This document shows positions 52,001 through 64,000 of a DNA stretch of 64,000 nucleotides, piece by piece. The notes beneath the pieces were generated by a model that did not search any database, was not told the DNA's origin, and saw nothing but the letters and a program-made list of their open reading frames with translations. Position numbers and translations under genes: made by a program. Origin of the DNA: Daphnia carinata (lineage: Eukaryota); assembly GCF_022539665.2 (NCBI RefSeq), contig NC_081334.1, forward strand, positions 558,001 through 622,000, written 5' to 3'. Numbering within the stretch: position 1 is the stretch's first letter; each line of letters opens with the position of its first letter.

Positions 52001-55000
52001 CCCCTGCCGCCCCAGACGAAGCCTCGAACGATTCACGCCCGCAAAAATTACCTGGTGCCAGTGGAGCCAGCGCCGCCCGTTCCGATGGTGTCGTCGGCCG
52101 GTCTGCAGCACGCGCTGCAGCATTTCAAAGAAACGGCGCGAATGGAGCGAGAACGACTAGCCAATTCGGTGCCGGATCTGGCTGCACCACCGACGCCGAC
52201 GCCGAGACCCACATCCGATTGTATTGATCCGCGAGGAAATGAGATGATGGCGTCGTCAGCGCCGGCGCCCTCACGACCTACGACGACGGCCACGACAGTT
52301 TATCCTGGCAGTCGTGAACGAGCTCGTCAGGCTGTCTTGAGTCGTGCGTCGTCCGTCGAGACCGCTTGGAATGCCACGGCATCGCGGGCGGTTTTGAATC
52401 TATCACGCCGAAATATTGCCTGCAGCACTCAAGAGTTTGTTGGTGCTGGTGGCATCAGTACTCAAGGTCATGGTCCGACCAAATCCCGTCCAGTCGTGCC
52501 CGGACTCTTGGAGACTAACCTGGACTCTGTTGTGCCATCATCCTCATCATCGCAGCAACAGCGCCATCCGCAGTCGTACAGCAACCGCAACGGCAGCCCG
52601 TCCGATGAAACGAATCTGGACGAGCTGATTCAAAACTTGCAACTCTTTTGCAACAGCAAACGTGTCGTGGAATATTCACCGCAGCCGCTGTCGGTCGACT
52701 CTGGCAGCGCCACCGCCACCACAACTGATAAGAGATTTAAGAGCATGCTCAATTTGGGATCGTCCAGTGCCCCGGTCAGTGTCCAGCCGGATATCGACAT
52801 GATGACCGACCCAACTTCGTCTTCCGTGCGTGTGCCCGACACTAACCGGGCGAAATCTATGGAATTTTTACTCGATGAGGACAACAAATCGGCCGTACAA
52901 GTAAGTCGTTTTTTTTTTCTATTTTCCTATTTTATTGTTTGAGAAGAGGATGTTTAAATCTAAAAAAATCCCCTGATTTAATATTGATGTTGAAGCCGTA
53001 AATCGATTAGCCCCGATCCTGCAATCTTGATATGCAAACTAAATGTGATGAATCGTTTTCGATTAAGGCTAACGCACAGATTCCTTTTGGGTTTTTCCCA
53101 AGGAATGCCGTCCGACCAAGTGAATTCCACTTGTTTTCGTGTTATTCCTTCTTCTTTTTTCTTACCTTGAAAAAAAAAAAGTGAACACACCCAGTCGAAG
53201 AGAGAGAGGGGAAAAAAGTTGGGTGAAGAGGGAGACGAGCCTGCCGCGGGCCTTTTAAAAAAAAGCTGATTTTTTTTTTCTTTTTTTTTTTCTATTCTTT
53301 TTTTATGTGTATATATATACCCCTCTTGTAAAAATACTTTCCAGCAAAAACAAATGCCGAGCGGCAAGGAAAGAACGGTCATGGTTGATTTATTTAACAG
53401 AAGAAGAGAAAAATAAACTCAAAAAAAAAAGGGGGGAAGAAGGCAAAAAGTTGGATGAATAGATGGAGAAAGACCCTGAAAGTGATGATAATAAGTCTGG
53501 AACTATTACACAGACACACACACATTTTCTTGACACAAGCTCTTTCATCCCGTCTTGTGTACCCTTCTTTTTTTCTTTAATATTTATCCGCTCTCACTCT
53601 CTCTGTGGGCCATGCATCACAAAGAAGTCAAGTGAGTTTTTTGAAGCGAAAAGTATCGATTTCTTTGAATGAATGCGCTGGGCCTGTGTTGCCTACTCGA
53701 CTGTTAACTCCGCACCATAATCAAGAGGAGGGGGGGGGAGTCTGAAAGAAACTTCTTTAATCCAGCGCTGTCGTAAAAAGGAAGAGACCGTGTCCGTAAT
53801 ATCTGTAAAGCTGGACTTGATTTAAAATCGTCATAGCTGGTATTTACTGTCCGTGGCCCCCCTCCCCACTTTTTTTCTGTTAATGGACTTTGGACGCTCC
53901 GGCTGTATCTAATCAATAGGGATCTTGACTTTCTCTTTATGTTCCATACTTTTTTTTCTCGGCTCGCGAACCGGTCGATAGAAATCGATCGCTTGTCATA
54001 CATCTGGTAGACGTCATTACGTGGGCAGGGCGCTTTGGTTGGTTCTTTACGGTTAGAATGGAATCTGGGTCGTGTGTAAATTTAAATTTGAAAAAATCTA
54101 AAAAAAAAAAGAAGGAAAAATCTGATTGCATACCGACGGATAACGTCAATCATCGAGACACTCAGTCACGCAGAAAGGGGGCAAAGTAAAACAGCCGTTT
54201 TTGCCCTCCAAAACAAGTACATGATAATATCGCTTATTATTACGATCGGCTTCGACCTTGGTTGCTTGGAAAAGACTAGCTCGTTCTTCTACGATCCATC
54301 ACAGTCAACAGCAGCCACGCAACATCCAGCGATGCGCAAAATCTAAAAAAAAAAAAGGCAGAAATAAACAAGGAACATGCTGAATCAAAGACTAGACTCT
54401 GTTATTGTTAATCTCTCCTCTCTCTCTCTCTATATATATATATATTCTTTCTGTGTGTTCCACATTCAGCCTCATATTGTAAGGTTTCAAGCTACAATGG
54501 CCACCGGACATATTAATGAGTTCCAATTCCAAGGCCGACAAGGCCTGAACCGCCTATTTTTCTCCCTCCCGCCGACGTTCCAACTCATAAATTTTTGACA
54601 ATAACCTTCGTATGCATGATCCATGATGTTGGCCGCGTTCAGACTTTGTCGCTTCTTTTCATTTTTTTGTTGGCCTGGTTTTGTTGTAGGTCCCTGAGAA
54701 TCAGCTGAAAAAGTGCGGCGAGAGGAAAATGTCGGAACACGAACTGCGCATCCAGCGCTCGCTGCAGAAGCTCAACGTGCCTGAATGGTATAAAAACAAT
54801 GCCCGTTCGGGGAGCAGCGGAGACGCGACATCTGGTGCCGCTCTTAATAGCGCCACCAACAACAATGGTACGGACGGATCGAACAGCGGGACCACAACTG
54901 GGGTCCTCCGTCGTCGGGATTATCACGGCGGAAGCGTCTGCTTGCGCAATGGTGGATGGACCGGCTTGAGCAGTGCCAATCGCGAGGCTGGAACGGCTTC

Positions 55001-57797
55001 GTCCATGACCAGTTTAGGTTCAGCGCTGAGCCGGTCAGGGACGCCTACGCGCGTAGTCATTCCCACGCGAGTGCGTCCGGATTGGCGGAGTATCAAATCG
55101 TCGCGTGAGTCACTGACCAGCCCAGCGGAGACGTGCCATGCCACCAGCTGGAATGGGCCGGCGTCGCTCAGTTCGAACCAGCAATCGTTCTCCAGATGGG
55201 GAAGCGGACGATCGAGTTACAGTACCTGCCCTTCTCCAGCGCCGAGCGCGTCCTCATCCGCCTCGTCCTACCGGACATCGTTGCTGAATCAGCACGGCCG
55301 GGCGCCCTACTTGGGCTGGCGATCGCAAGAGAGGCTCAATGCCAGTCCAGCACCGCTATCGCTCTACCAGTCGCCGGCCCAAAGACTTGCCTCCAGCCTT
55401 TTGACAAAGACGAGCTGTAACGATGTCAGCGACGCTGGCGAAAATCGTGTGGAAGTCGAACCCACCGCAGAGGGCGAGCAGCGCCAACAGCACGAAACCG
55501 ATGAAGTGGTTCGGTCCAGCATCCGCCAAGTGACTTCAGCCATCGTCCATTACGTCAGCGAGAGCAGTGATGGAGATCAGCCACCTTCTCCGGCAAGTCG
55601 CAACGGATTGTCACGCAGTCCCGAAAGGCATCCGCTGGAAGCCCTCTCCAGATCTCCCTCACCTCGTCGACAACGCTGTCTTTGGGTGGAGAGTTCGTTT
55701 GTCGGCGGAGGAGCCAGCCCGACCAGCCATCAGCGACCGGTTGACCCGGCACCGGCCGTTTCGCCCCTCCGTCCTGAATCGCCACCGTCTTCTTCTTCGG
55801 GATCGAGCCATCATTTGCATCGTCATCGATCGACGGGCACTACGGCCAACAATGGACGGCCAGGTGAGTTGATGCTGGCTTGAAAAAAAAGTCGAGCAAG
55901 AGGAGAAACGAAAGCCCCGCCCCCTTGACAAATTTTAGTCCACCCCCCCCCCCCATCCCAATTTCGGCCATTCTATTCATTCATGCAAAAAAATCTGAAT
56001 CGATTTTTTAAGCATTGGCGCTCGTCAAAAAAACAGAAAGAGTCAAAAAAAAGAAAAAGAAAGAAAGTAGACACATTTATTTTTGTCAGTTTAGAAAAAG
56101 TTTAATTGATGCCCATCCGCCTTACGTTTGACGTTTTTTAATGCGAAAGATTCATCGAACTCGCCGCGTCCAAAGCTACGATTTTGGCCGTTAATCGGAT
56201 TGACGTTCCATAATCTTGTTTTTTTTTTCTTCCTTTTAACCAAATTTTGACTTCCAGTTTCGCTTTTTAATTGTTACCATCACCTACGAACGAAAAACAA
56301 AACAAAAAAAAAAGTCTAGTGCCTTTGTTTCCCCCCTAAATCTGGGAAAACCGAACGGATTATTGTCTTCTTTTGAATCTCTTTTTGATATTTTCTCGAA
56401 AACGATCGAAACTCTTTGACGTCAGTTTGTACATAGTTTTAATAATTGGGCTTCAATTCGCATATTTATACATGGACAAATTTTACCGCTATTTCCTTTT
56501 TGCATCACTATTCTTCTTTCTTTTCCTTTCACTCGCTGCGTGTCTGTTTGTACAACACACACACACACACACACATACCCATGACGACTTTGTCCATCTC
56601 CGTGTAGTTTGTACCGTACCATCCCTGCGCCTCTGGTCCGCAAAACAAACAAACAGAAAAAAACATTAATCTAATTTCAATACTAGTTCCTTTTTTTTTT
56701 GTTGCCTTTTTCCTACATACCGCCTGACTTATACAATATTAGAAATGTTAGTTCGACTACGGCCCAAGCCATGTTATATTCTCAGTGTATAGTACTTTTT
56801 CCTTATCCCATTTTTCCCTTATTTTTTACAGCTTGATGTCTTTTACTTAGCATGGAATTTCTCCATTTTTTTTTCCTTTTGTTTGTTCGTTTCAACAAAC
56901 ATTTCGTGTACGTTTTCTGTGCGTGTTTGCTGTATGTGTCTTTTTTTTTTTTGTTTCCTTTTTGTTCTTTATTTCCTCCCTTATCCTACACTTTCATTGG
57001 AAAATGTTCGATTATCCCCTCGCTCTTTTTACTATTCAAAAAAATTATTAATTAATATCTCATCCGCCTCTCGCTGCGGCTGTAAAAGTTGCAATACAAA
57101 CAGCTTGATTAGTCCGGCCGATGTGTGTGTTGTGTTTTGTTATGGTGTTTCGTTTTTTTCCTTTTTTTTTTTTTTTTTTTTGATGGGTCTAAAAGCTGTC
57201 CGTCTTGACTCGGTTTCAAAAGTTGACGACCAGTAGATGACGTTTTCGTTATGATTCGTGCGTGCTCCTTTCACCATTCTTTTTAGAAATGATTTAGACA
57301 GTAAAGCAAACAAACAAACAGAAAACGGAGAGCGAAAGAAAGTGCCTATAGACAAAGAAAAACAAATACTAGTTAATGAGTTATGACTTAATTGGACCCT
57401 TGGTGCTTGTGGTGGTTCAGGGCTGAGTGATAGAACCGTCGCCGGGCCGCTGTCGGCCGCGGAAAGAGATGACGGCGGTACGTCGCCACAGCTGGGCATC
57501 TCACCGCCCGTCTCGGCCACCCTGGACGATGTCCTAAATTCATTGCTGGGCCTAACGCCTCCACAGAGGCACGGGCTGCTGAGACGGCCCGTCTCGCAGC
57601 CGACCATTCACAACAAACAAGCTCATCATCAACAACAACAAGATGGACAGCAGCACGGCCAGCAGCAGCCATATCAGAGTCAACATCAACAGCAGATGCG
57701 GGGAAACAACAACAATAACAGTATGGCTATCCATGAAGCCGCATCCCGGAGCTTCAACGATCTCCGTTCATCCACCACCTCGACATCCATCAAATAA
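43018..57797 (+). CDS. Large low-complexity (S/D/E/T-rich) uncharacterised protein, ~2135 aa; exons 43018-43300, 48200-48622, 48750-52900, 54690-55863, 57421-57797
   Basis: All four GT-AG junctions are phase-compatible (total 6408 nt). Motif-like islands: PLLDTIVEETLEEL, RGVHFSPVVSAVNW, AKSMEFLLDEDNK..VPENQL, SEHELRIQRSLQKLNVPEWYK, PYLGWRSQE, LWVESSFVG, TLDDVLNSLLGL. The first and last exons are less certain. Confidence 0.8.
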
Positions 57798-60700
57798 AAA
57801 AACAAAAACATAACAAAAATCTTAAACAAATCACATAGAAAACACGACGATGATGACAATGTAGTGATGAAGAAACATACGCCATTTCCTCCCCCGCCCT
57901 CCGCCCTAAATTTAATTAACCAAAGTTACGAATTATTTCCGTTCCAAGGGGCGCGCACACTCACAATCAGGACGTTCTCATCGTCGCTAGTTGCTCGTGA
58001 GGCTATAGCCGGCAAGAGAGAGTGTGTTGCCCGGGAGACATATTGCTATTGTAAAAAGAAAAAAAGGGCCAGCAATATATCAACGGAACTATTTGTCTAT
58101 TGTAAAACATACTGAAACGAGCGTGACGTACACAACATTGTATTCAATTTACAATTTCAGGAAGAACGCCAGTAGTTCGAAAGTGTGATTAGAGATTAGA
58201 AACCAGACCGACTATGACAATGACGAATAATAATCGAGGGCGTATAGGCAGTTAGTTGAGTGATGCGCGAACGGGATCCGTTTTCACTTGTTACTAAAGC
58301 TGTTCACGTTGTTCTGCTTTGTTGAAATTTTTCTAATGAATTCTATCCACGTTTCTGCGCAGTTCTTTAACCTTTCATCTCATATGATTCAAGTTTTAAC
58401 AATTATTGTACATTTTAGACATTCTTTAAACCATTGTTGTTGTTCTGCCTCGCTCTGAGATGTAAAGAATGATTCTCTTACTGAAATGTACCAAAAATCA
58501 ATCGAAATGCGGTTACGTCATCATTGTAATGATAACATTTTCTTCTTTTTACTACTGTTGGTCTATTTTCAGTTGGGATTACACAAAAGATTTGGGAAGT
58601 GGTTTACAGAATTTGGAAAAGTCTATTGGCTTCCGATAGTTCGTTTGCAAATAAGGTCCCTGGAAGGCTGGAATCCCCTGTTACTCTCAATAATCCAATT
58701 TTTGTTTCAAATGTTTACTATTTGAAAGTTATCATTGTCGTAGCCATCTAGCGGCTTCTTGGTGTACGAATTTTCACTTTACGCATGGCGTTACATTTTG
58801 AACAAGATATAACGAAAACGAACTAACTGTGTTAATAAACTTAACGATATTTTCACTTTCACTCGTCATTCTTTGTGCTTAAAAGAACAAATATCATGTC
58901 TGAACTCTTAATCTATGGCGAAAACGATTTTTTTTGTATGGTGCATTCCAGTGCTGTCAAGTGCCATTGCAAGAGTAGCAGCACAGCCTATACCACTTGA
59001 AAAACTGTTTTAGAAAAAATAGTTTACCGTCATATTATCTGGATGACGTGGACCTAAACAAGCTGGTTGTGGCTGCAGGATTTGGCAGGCTTCTACATGT
59101 CCTCTCTAAGGTAAGCCAAAATATGGTCAATTTGTATGGTTTTCTTGCATTGCACAGTAGGTATCTCAAGGTTAGCTAACACCTGACACCTAGCAGGGTT
59201 TCTTTATATCTCATTTAAAGAATAATAGTATCGGCATATGGATATTCTGTCTACTAAGTAAGTTTGATTTGTTAAGAAATTACCCAAATGCTTCGTCATG
59301 CAATTATGAGGACCTCATCAAGTTGATAGGATTATTCTAGAATAGCAGACATTGAATAGGCCTGGCTGTTTGGGGGGCAGCCAATATCTCCAAGTACAGT
59401 TATTCCAAACAATTGAAAAGGAGAAAGATGCATCTTCAGTATCACTCTGGCAGACAGCTAGTTGAGAGCAATATGTTCGTTTTCATTCAAGGAGAAGTAG
59501 GCTTTTACGATCGTTCTCTCGGCTTTTGTCCATTTTCTGATCGATCCGTTCTGCACAGTTCTGCAGCGAAGGTGGGACCTTCTGACGCAGTATGTACGTC
59601 ACTATACATTTCCAATGATTTAGTCAAACTCAAGAAAAGTGTTTATGCATATCTGATCTGAAGCCTTTCTAGATATCAAAAGGGGGGCGAACAGCAAATC
59701 AGTGGGATCAACACGAAAGAATGTTTGTTGTGAACAACTTGGATTATTGAAACATTTTTCTCATTCCTGTTTCGCAAATTCCAGGATTGTACTTTTGCCC
59801 TTGCAGAAAAATGTCAAGGGTATTGTGGCTAAAACTGAAAGTCTTACGTCAATTTCTCAGCTGATTGACGTTGTATATTTCTTCTTCCCCTTTTCATTAG
59901 TCCATCAGTTGCAATATTAATGGACTACACACTGCACGCCCCTTATTGCGGCACTCTGCATAATGAAAAGCCGTGCTAGATCGAGCTTCGATGTGGTTTT
60001 TTGTTCTTTTATCTAAGCTTTCTGAGTACTAGCAAAAGCAATCTTAGATGAATCAAGTTTTAATGCATACTTTCTGCTTCTACCGCTAGTATAGATTTTT
60101 TTTCGTCACGAAATAAGATCCCTGTCTGATGTTTTTCCTCGGCTTTCTTAAGAAAAACATTTCCTCGTTTTTTCGTATCCATAACATTGCTGCATTTATG
60201 ACTTCCCATGGCTGATAGCTGTCACGAAAGCAATATGTTGGCCGTTTTTTTTTCTCCATTTTTTCAAGCACAAATTCATGCGACGTCATGCAACATAATT
60301 TCCATTTTGGCGTGCATCAGCCACTCCCTTTTTATCTTCAGTTTCAGAATGGTGACATTAAATATGCTATCCATCGACCAAAACATCCGGCGAATAGTGC
60401 CTTAGTCGTTTCTGCGGTATAAGCGATTACCTTAAAATTTCTCATATTTCATAGTTGCTGGCTGGTATTGCTATACGAATCCAACTAATATCTATTATTT
60501 CTACTTTTTTAAAAAATAACTGATGCAATAGTCATCCCCTTGGCGTTTAAACTCCCATGCAAGAAAATGTTCCTCTTTATCGTTTTCAAATTGATATTAG
60601 TACGCCATCTCTTGAGCTTCCATCCATTTAGCATTCAAATAGCGCCATCAGCGGATGGATTAGAAAATAACAATGGCGCGAATATTTTTCGTCTGTTACG

Positions 60701-63392
60701 TTTTGAGCCTTAATAATTTCATTCTCGTGAATTAATTGAATGCCTACAGGGACGTATCGATCAGGTTTCCGCATGGGGCATTGTCACATTCCTAAATTAA
60801 GATTCAGTACTAATTCATTGTTCGCCAATAAAGCTTCTTCAGTCGCCATTGAGAACTATTTAATATTGTTCCACGAATGGCAAAAAAACGAACTTCCAAT
60901 TTTGCAAGCAAATCTCAACCTAAATCTAAACCAAAACTCCCGAACAGGTAAATATCTTATTTTCCTATGTATTATAAAGACAGAAAACCTATTAGAGCTT
61001 ACTTCGGCCAAAGCAGCCATATTGGTTCATTGGAAATCAAACTTACTTGAATAGGAATTAATAGTTTTTTGTTTTGTTTTATTAAGGAAAGGAAGAAACA
61101 AGTCTGTTGTAACTTACAATAGGACAAAAGGATCTACAAAGGGCATACATAGTAATAGCTCTTCATGCAAAGTGAAGACAAAGTATCAAGAGAAACAGAA
61201 TACTGCCAGAATAGCCACAAAATGTCGAGAAGTGGATGACTCAAGCAACCACAATTCTGGGCTAATATATGAAAGTGAATTAGAAAGAACATTAAGGTTG
61301 GGCATGGCTAAACTAAAGCCATCCAATAAAAACCATACTAGTTTCAAGAGAAATACTACATCATCTAATGGAAGCCTCAGACAAGTCTCTGCAATCAGCG
61401 AAACAGCCTATGCAAGTAATAATCCTTTTCACTCAAACTTAAACACTTGCAATCTAAATTCCGAGAATGGAAACTTACTTGTTGACAGTCTGACGTCATC
61501 TAAACCTAAAACTGTTAATATTTGGAAATTTAATGATGGGACTACTGTAAAAAAAATTTATTAGACTACAGTTTATACATTGATAGTTATAGTTATGGCA
61601 GCATGTTTTATTGCTCTTTGAATTCCAATCTTCATTGATACCCAAACAAATGTAAATTAGTTTTGAATCCAAGAACTTTGTGTCCTCTTATGTTACATGC
61701 ACGTAAATTATGTAGAAGGAATAATTTCTTTCGTTTCCCCCGACTAAAAGTTTGCTCGTTTGTAAAGGCTATCAAATCACTATTTTTGGTGGCGAAACAA
61801 GATTCCTTGTTTATTTGTTTATTTTTTAATTTTTTTTTCACGTTTTTCGTGTATCATCATGAGCTGTGCTTCAGCCAAGAATTTCATCCTGGTTAGGGAT
61901 TTACATTAGAAAAATAACCTACTTTCAAGGTTTATGCAATGAATGGTGCCTTGTACTTGTTCTAATTTGTGTTTATTACTGTTCAAGAACCCTTACTGAA
62001 CTTGTATAACATCAGACGAATATCTAGGTTATCAATAACTATAGTTATCCACGTCCAATACTCGAAAACTCGATGTTCTTGTACAATTCGTCCAGTGTTA
62101 CATGCGAATGCCGCTCGGTTTTGCCCAAATTTGCTTATGAGAGAAAAGCGGGATAATCTTTTGCCTGAGGATATATTTCTTGGCAGTTTCTGTTGGCTGT
62201 TAGTATTTTCGTTTTGCCTCACGACAGTTGGAGACATATAAGCTCTATGCGTCGGTTGTTTACGCATGCCTTTTTCACAAACTCTCCTGGCCAACGTGCG
62301 TTAATGAAATAGAATGAACAAAACATGGGCTTAAAAAAAAGTTTTCAGCCATAACTGTTTAAGCACACATGTTGGTTGTCATTTTTCTTATTCAATTGGT
62401 GCTGTAGTACGGTACAGTATTGCACTATTCTCAGTTTGCGCATGTCTTTGTGAAAAAGAGAATACTTTTGCAAGAAAAACTCTTGTTATCGTAGCATCCA
62501 GTGATACTTGGATGACACGCTGGCAAGCAATTTGGGAACTCGATACATTTTCATCTTGATATCGCACAAATCCTTAGAGAGCTAGAGAGCTCCCCAGTGT
62601 TCCACAATTATTCATTGAAACTCTTCTTTCGTGAAAGACCTCATGTTCATGGTTTTTCGTACTGTAAAACTTGGATTGCACTGGGAAGTCTGATACAGTC
62701 GTAAATGTGGATTAAGTTTCCCTTTCGTTTTTCACGGTCAGAGGTATTACAAAGTGCCATTCTTTTCTACAGAACAACCTTATTCATTGTTTCTTGGTGA
62801 TGCACTTTTGATTACTTTTCATTTGCGGCGTATCACGTGTCAATTGAAGGCACTGTACTTTGTCTCGAGTCACGTAGTACAGTGACGTTCTTAACGAACC
62901 AAACTGTAAGGACAGTCTTATCTGCTTCGTCGCCATGCGACATGATTCACATAATCAACGATTTCGACCGGTTGACTATTAATTGACAGGTGTATCTCTA
63001 TAAAGTGTAAAATCCCTTGTGAGCTTAAGCAGGTGAAGGCCATTTGGGTTTTTCTGTTGTTGGGATACCAATTCTTGATTACTTACCTTATTTACTACGC
63101 TATAACGTATGTCATCTTCACTTGCATGTTTCAAAGACAAATTTCACTGTTTACTGTTACGTTCCAAACTTTGTCAAGTCTAGACATATTTATGCAACAA
63201 AGAAAGTGATAAAACATGCGTCAAACTCGCATCTATCTCTGAACAAACTTATCCCGATACACACGATAACAATGCTTTTAAAACGGATGCCAATAAAATC
63301 TTTTATTATTACTTTTTGTTTTTTCGTCAATTACATGGATTGCATTTATCAGTTCAAACAAGTAGTTGAAATGAATCGTCCTAAAGATGTGT

Positions 63393-64000
63393 TTACAGAA
63401 CCAAGCCGGTGATGCTGCTGATCCAGGACAGGTAGCTGGAAACGCGAGCCTGTTGTATGCGAAAAAAAAAAGTATTGTTTAATAACAGGTCGTAAGTCAG
63501 GAAAACATCAGTAAATCCCGTACATATCCGTCGGGGTTTCCGGATTCGCATCCAGCAGAGGAAACAAAGGAGGTGACACCGATCTGGGTGTATTGTCCGT
63601 TGCTGTTAATGACGCTCATAGCAGAGCCGCTGTCTCCCTGTTTAAACATTTTTGAATTCATAAAAAATTACTTCTTTTCCAGCTCAGTTTAAAATTGTAT
63701 CCTCTTACGTTGCAAGTGCCAGAGTTGGTGGCAGTGAAAGATGTGCAAATCTAAAAATTAAATCGTGAAAGCTTAAGTTACAAAAAGAATTGACATGACT
63801 TAAAACTTGTGTAAATCTTACGGTGCTTGGCCTGATGATGAGGCCGTAGGTCTAAAAACATGAGATAAACAAGAAGAAAATTTCCGTTAGTAATGACAGA
63901 GCTTTTGACATTTTTAGAGGGAAAAGTCATACGTTTTGGCATTCTGCGTTGCTGATAACGGTGACGGTAGATTTCTGCAAAGTCGGGCTGATTCCACCGG
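63393..64000 (-). CDS. 3' part of a chymotrypsin/brachyurin-like S1 serine protease (5' end off-window)
   Basis: Exons give GGISPTLQKSTVTVISNAECQN|TYGLIIRPST|ICTSFTATNSGTCN|GDSGSAM...QIGVTSFVSSAGCESGNPDGY|ARVSSYLSWISSITGLVL*. Confidence 0.92.

Noticed and set aside
58890..61570. Gene-like fragments (59.0-59.6 kb, 60740-61564)
   Set aside because: Splice phases give stops and no family was recognised; possibly pseudogene or lncRNA but unsupported.
62681..62695. GGGAAGTCTGA resembling RNase P RNA CR-I
   Set aside because: No matching CR-V (AATTCAGACT-like) was seen downstream.

Overview
AT-rich eukaryotic (arthropod) genomic DNA with very short introns of about 60-70 nt, most consistent with a Daphnia-like crustacean (inference). 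The first 30 kb is a nested tandem duplication of a head-to-head gelsolin(-)/beta-galactosidase(+) unit. It holds one intact GH35 beta-galactosidase, one apparently intact six-domain gelsolin, one truncated gelsolin and two beta-galactosidase pseudogenes. In both pseudogene copies the shared promoter and first exons are replaced by a foreign 2.6-kb cassette. On the minus strand this cassette carries 69-bp repeats with CTCF-like motifs, then an RNA that folds by hand into a near-complete lariat-capping (GIR1/LC, group I-like) ribozyme, then an intronless 200-aa basic orphan ORF starting 146 nt past the predicted processing site. This candidate metazoan self-capping expression cassette, lying outside rDNA and without a visible splicing intron or homing endonuclease, is the main discovery. 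The rest of the window holds papillote (ZP-N/TM protein with an expanded cytoplasmic repeat), a ~2135-aa low-complexity protein gene, degraded sequence near 59-63 kb and the 3' part of a brachyurin/chymotrypsin-like protease.
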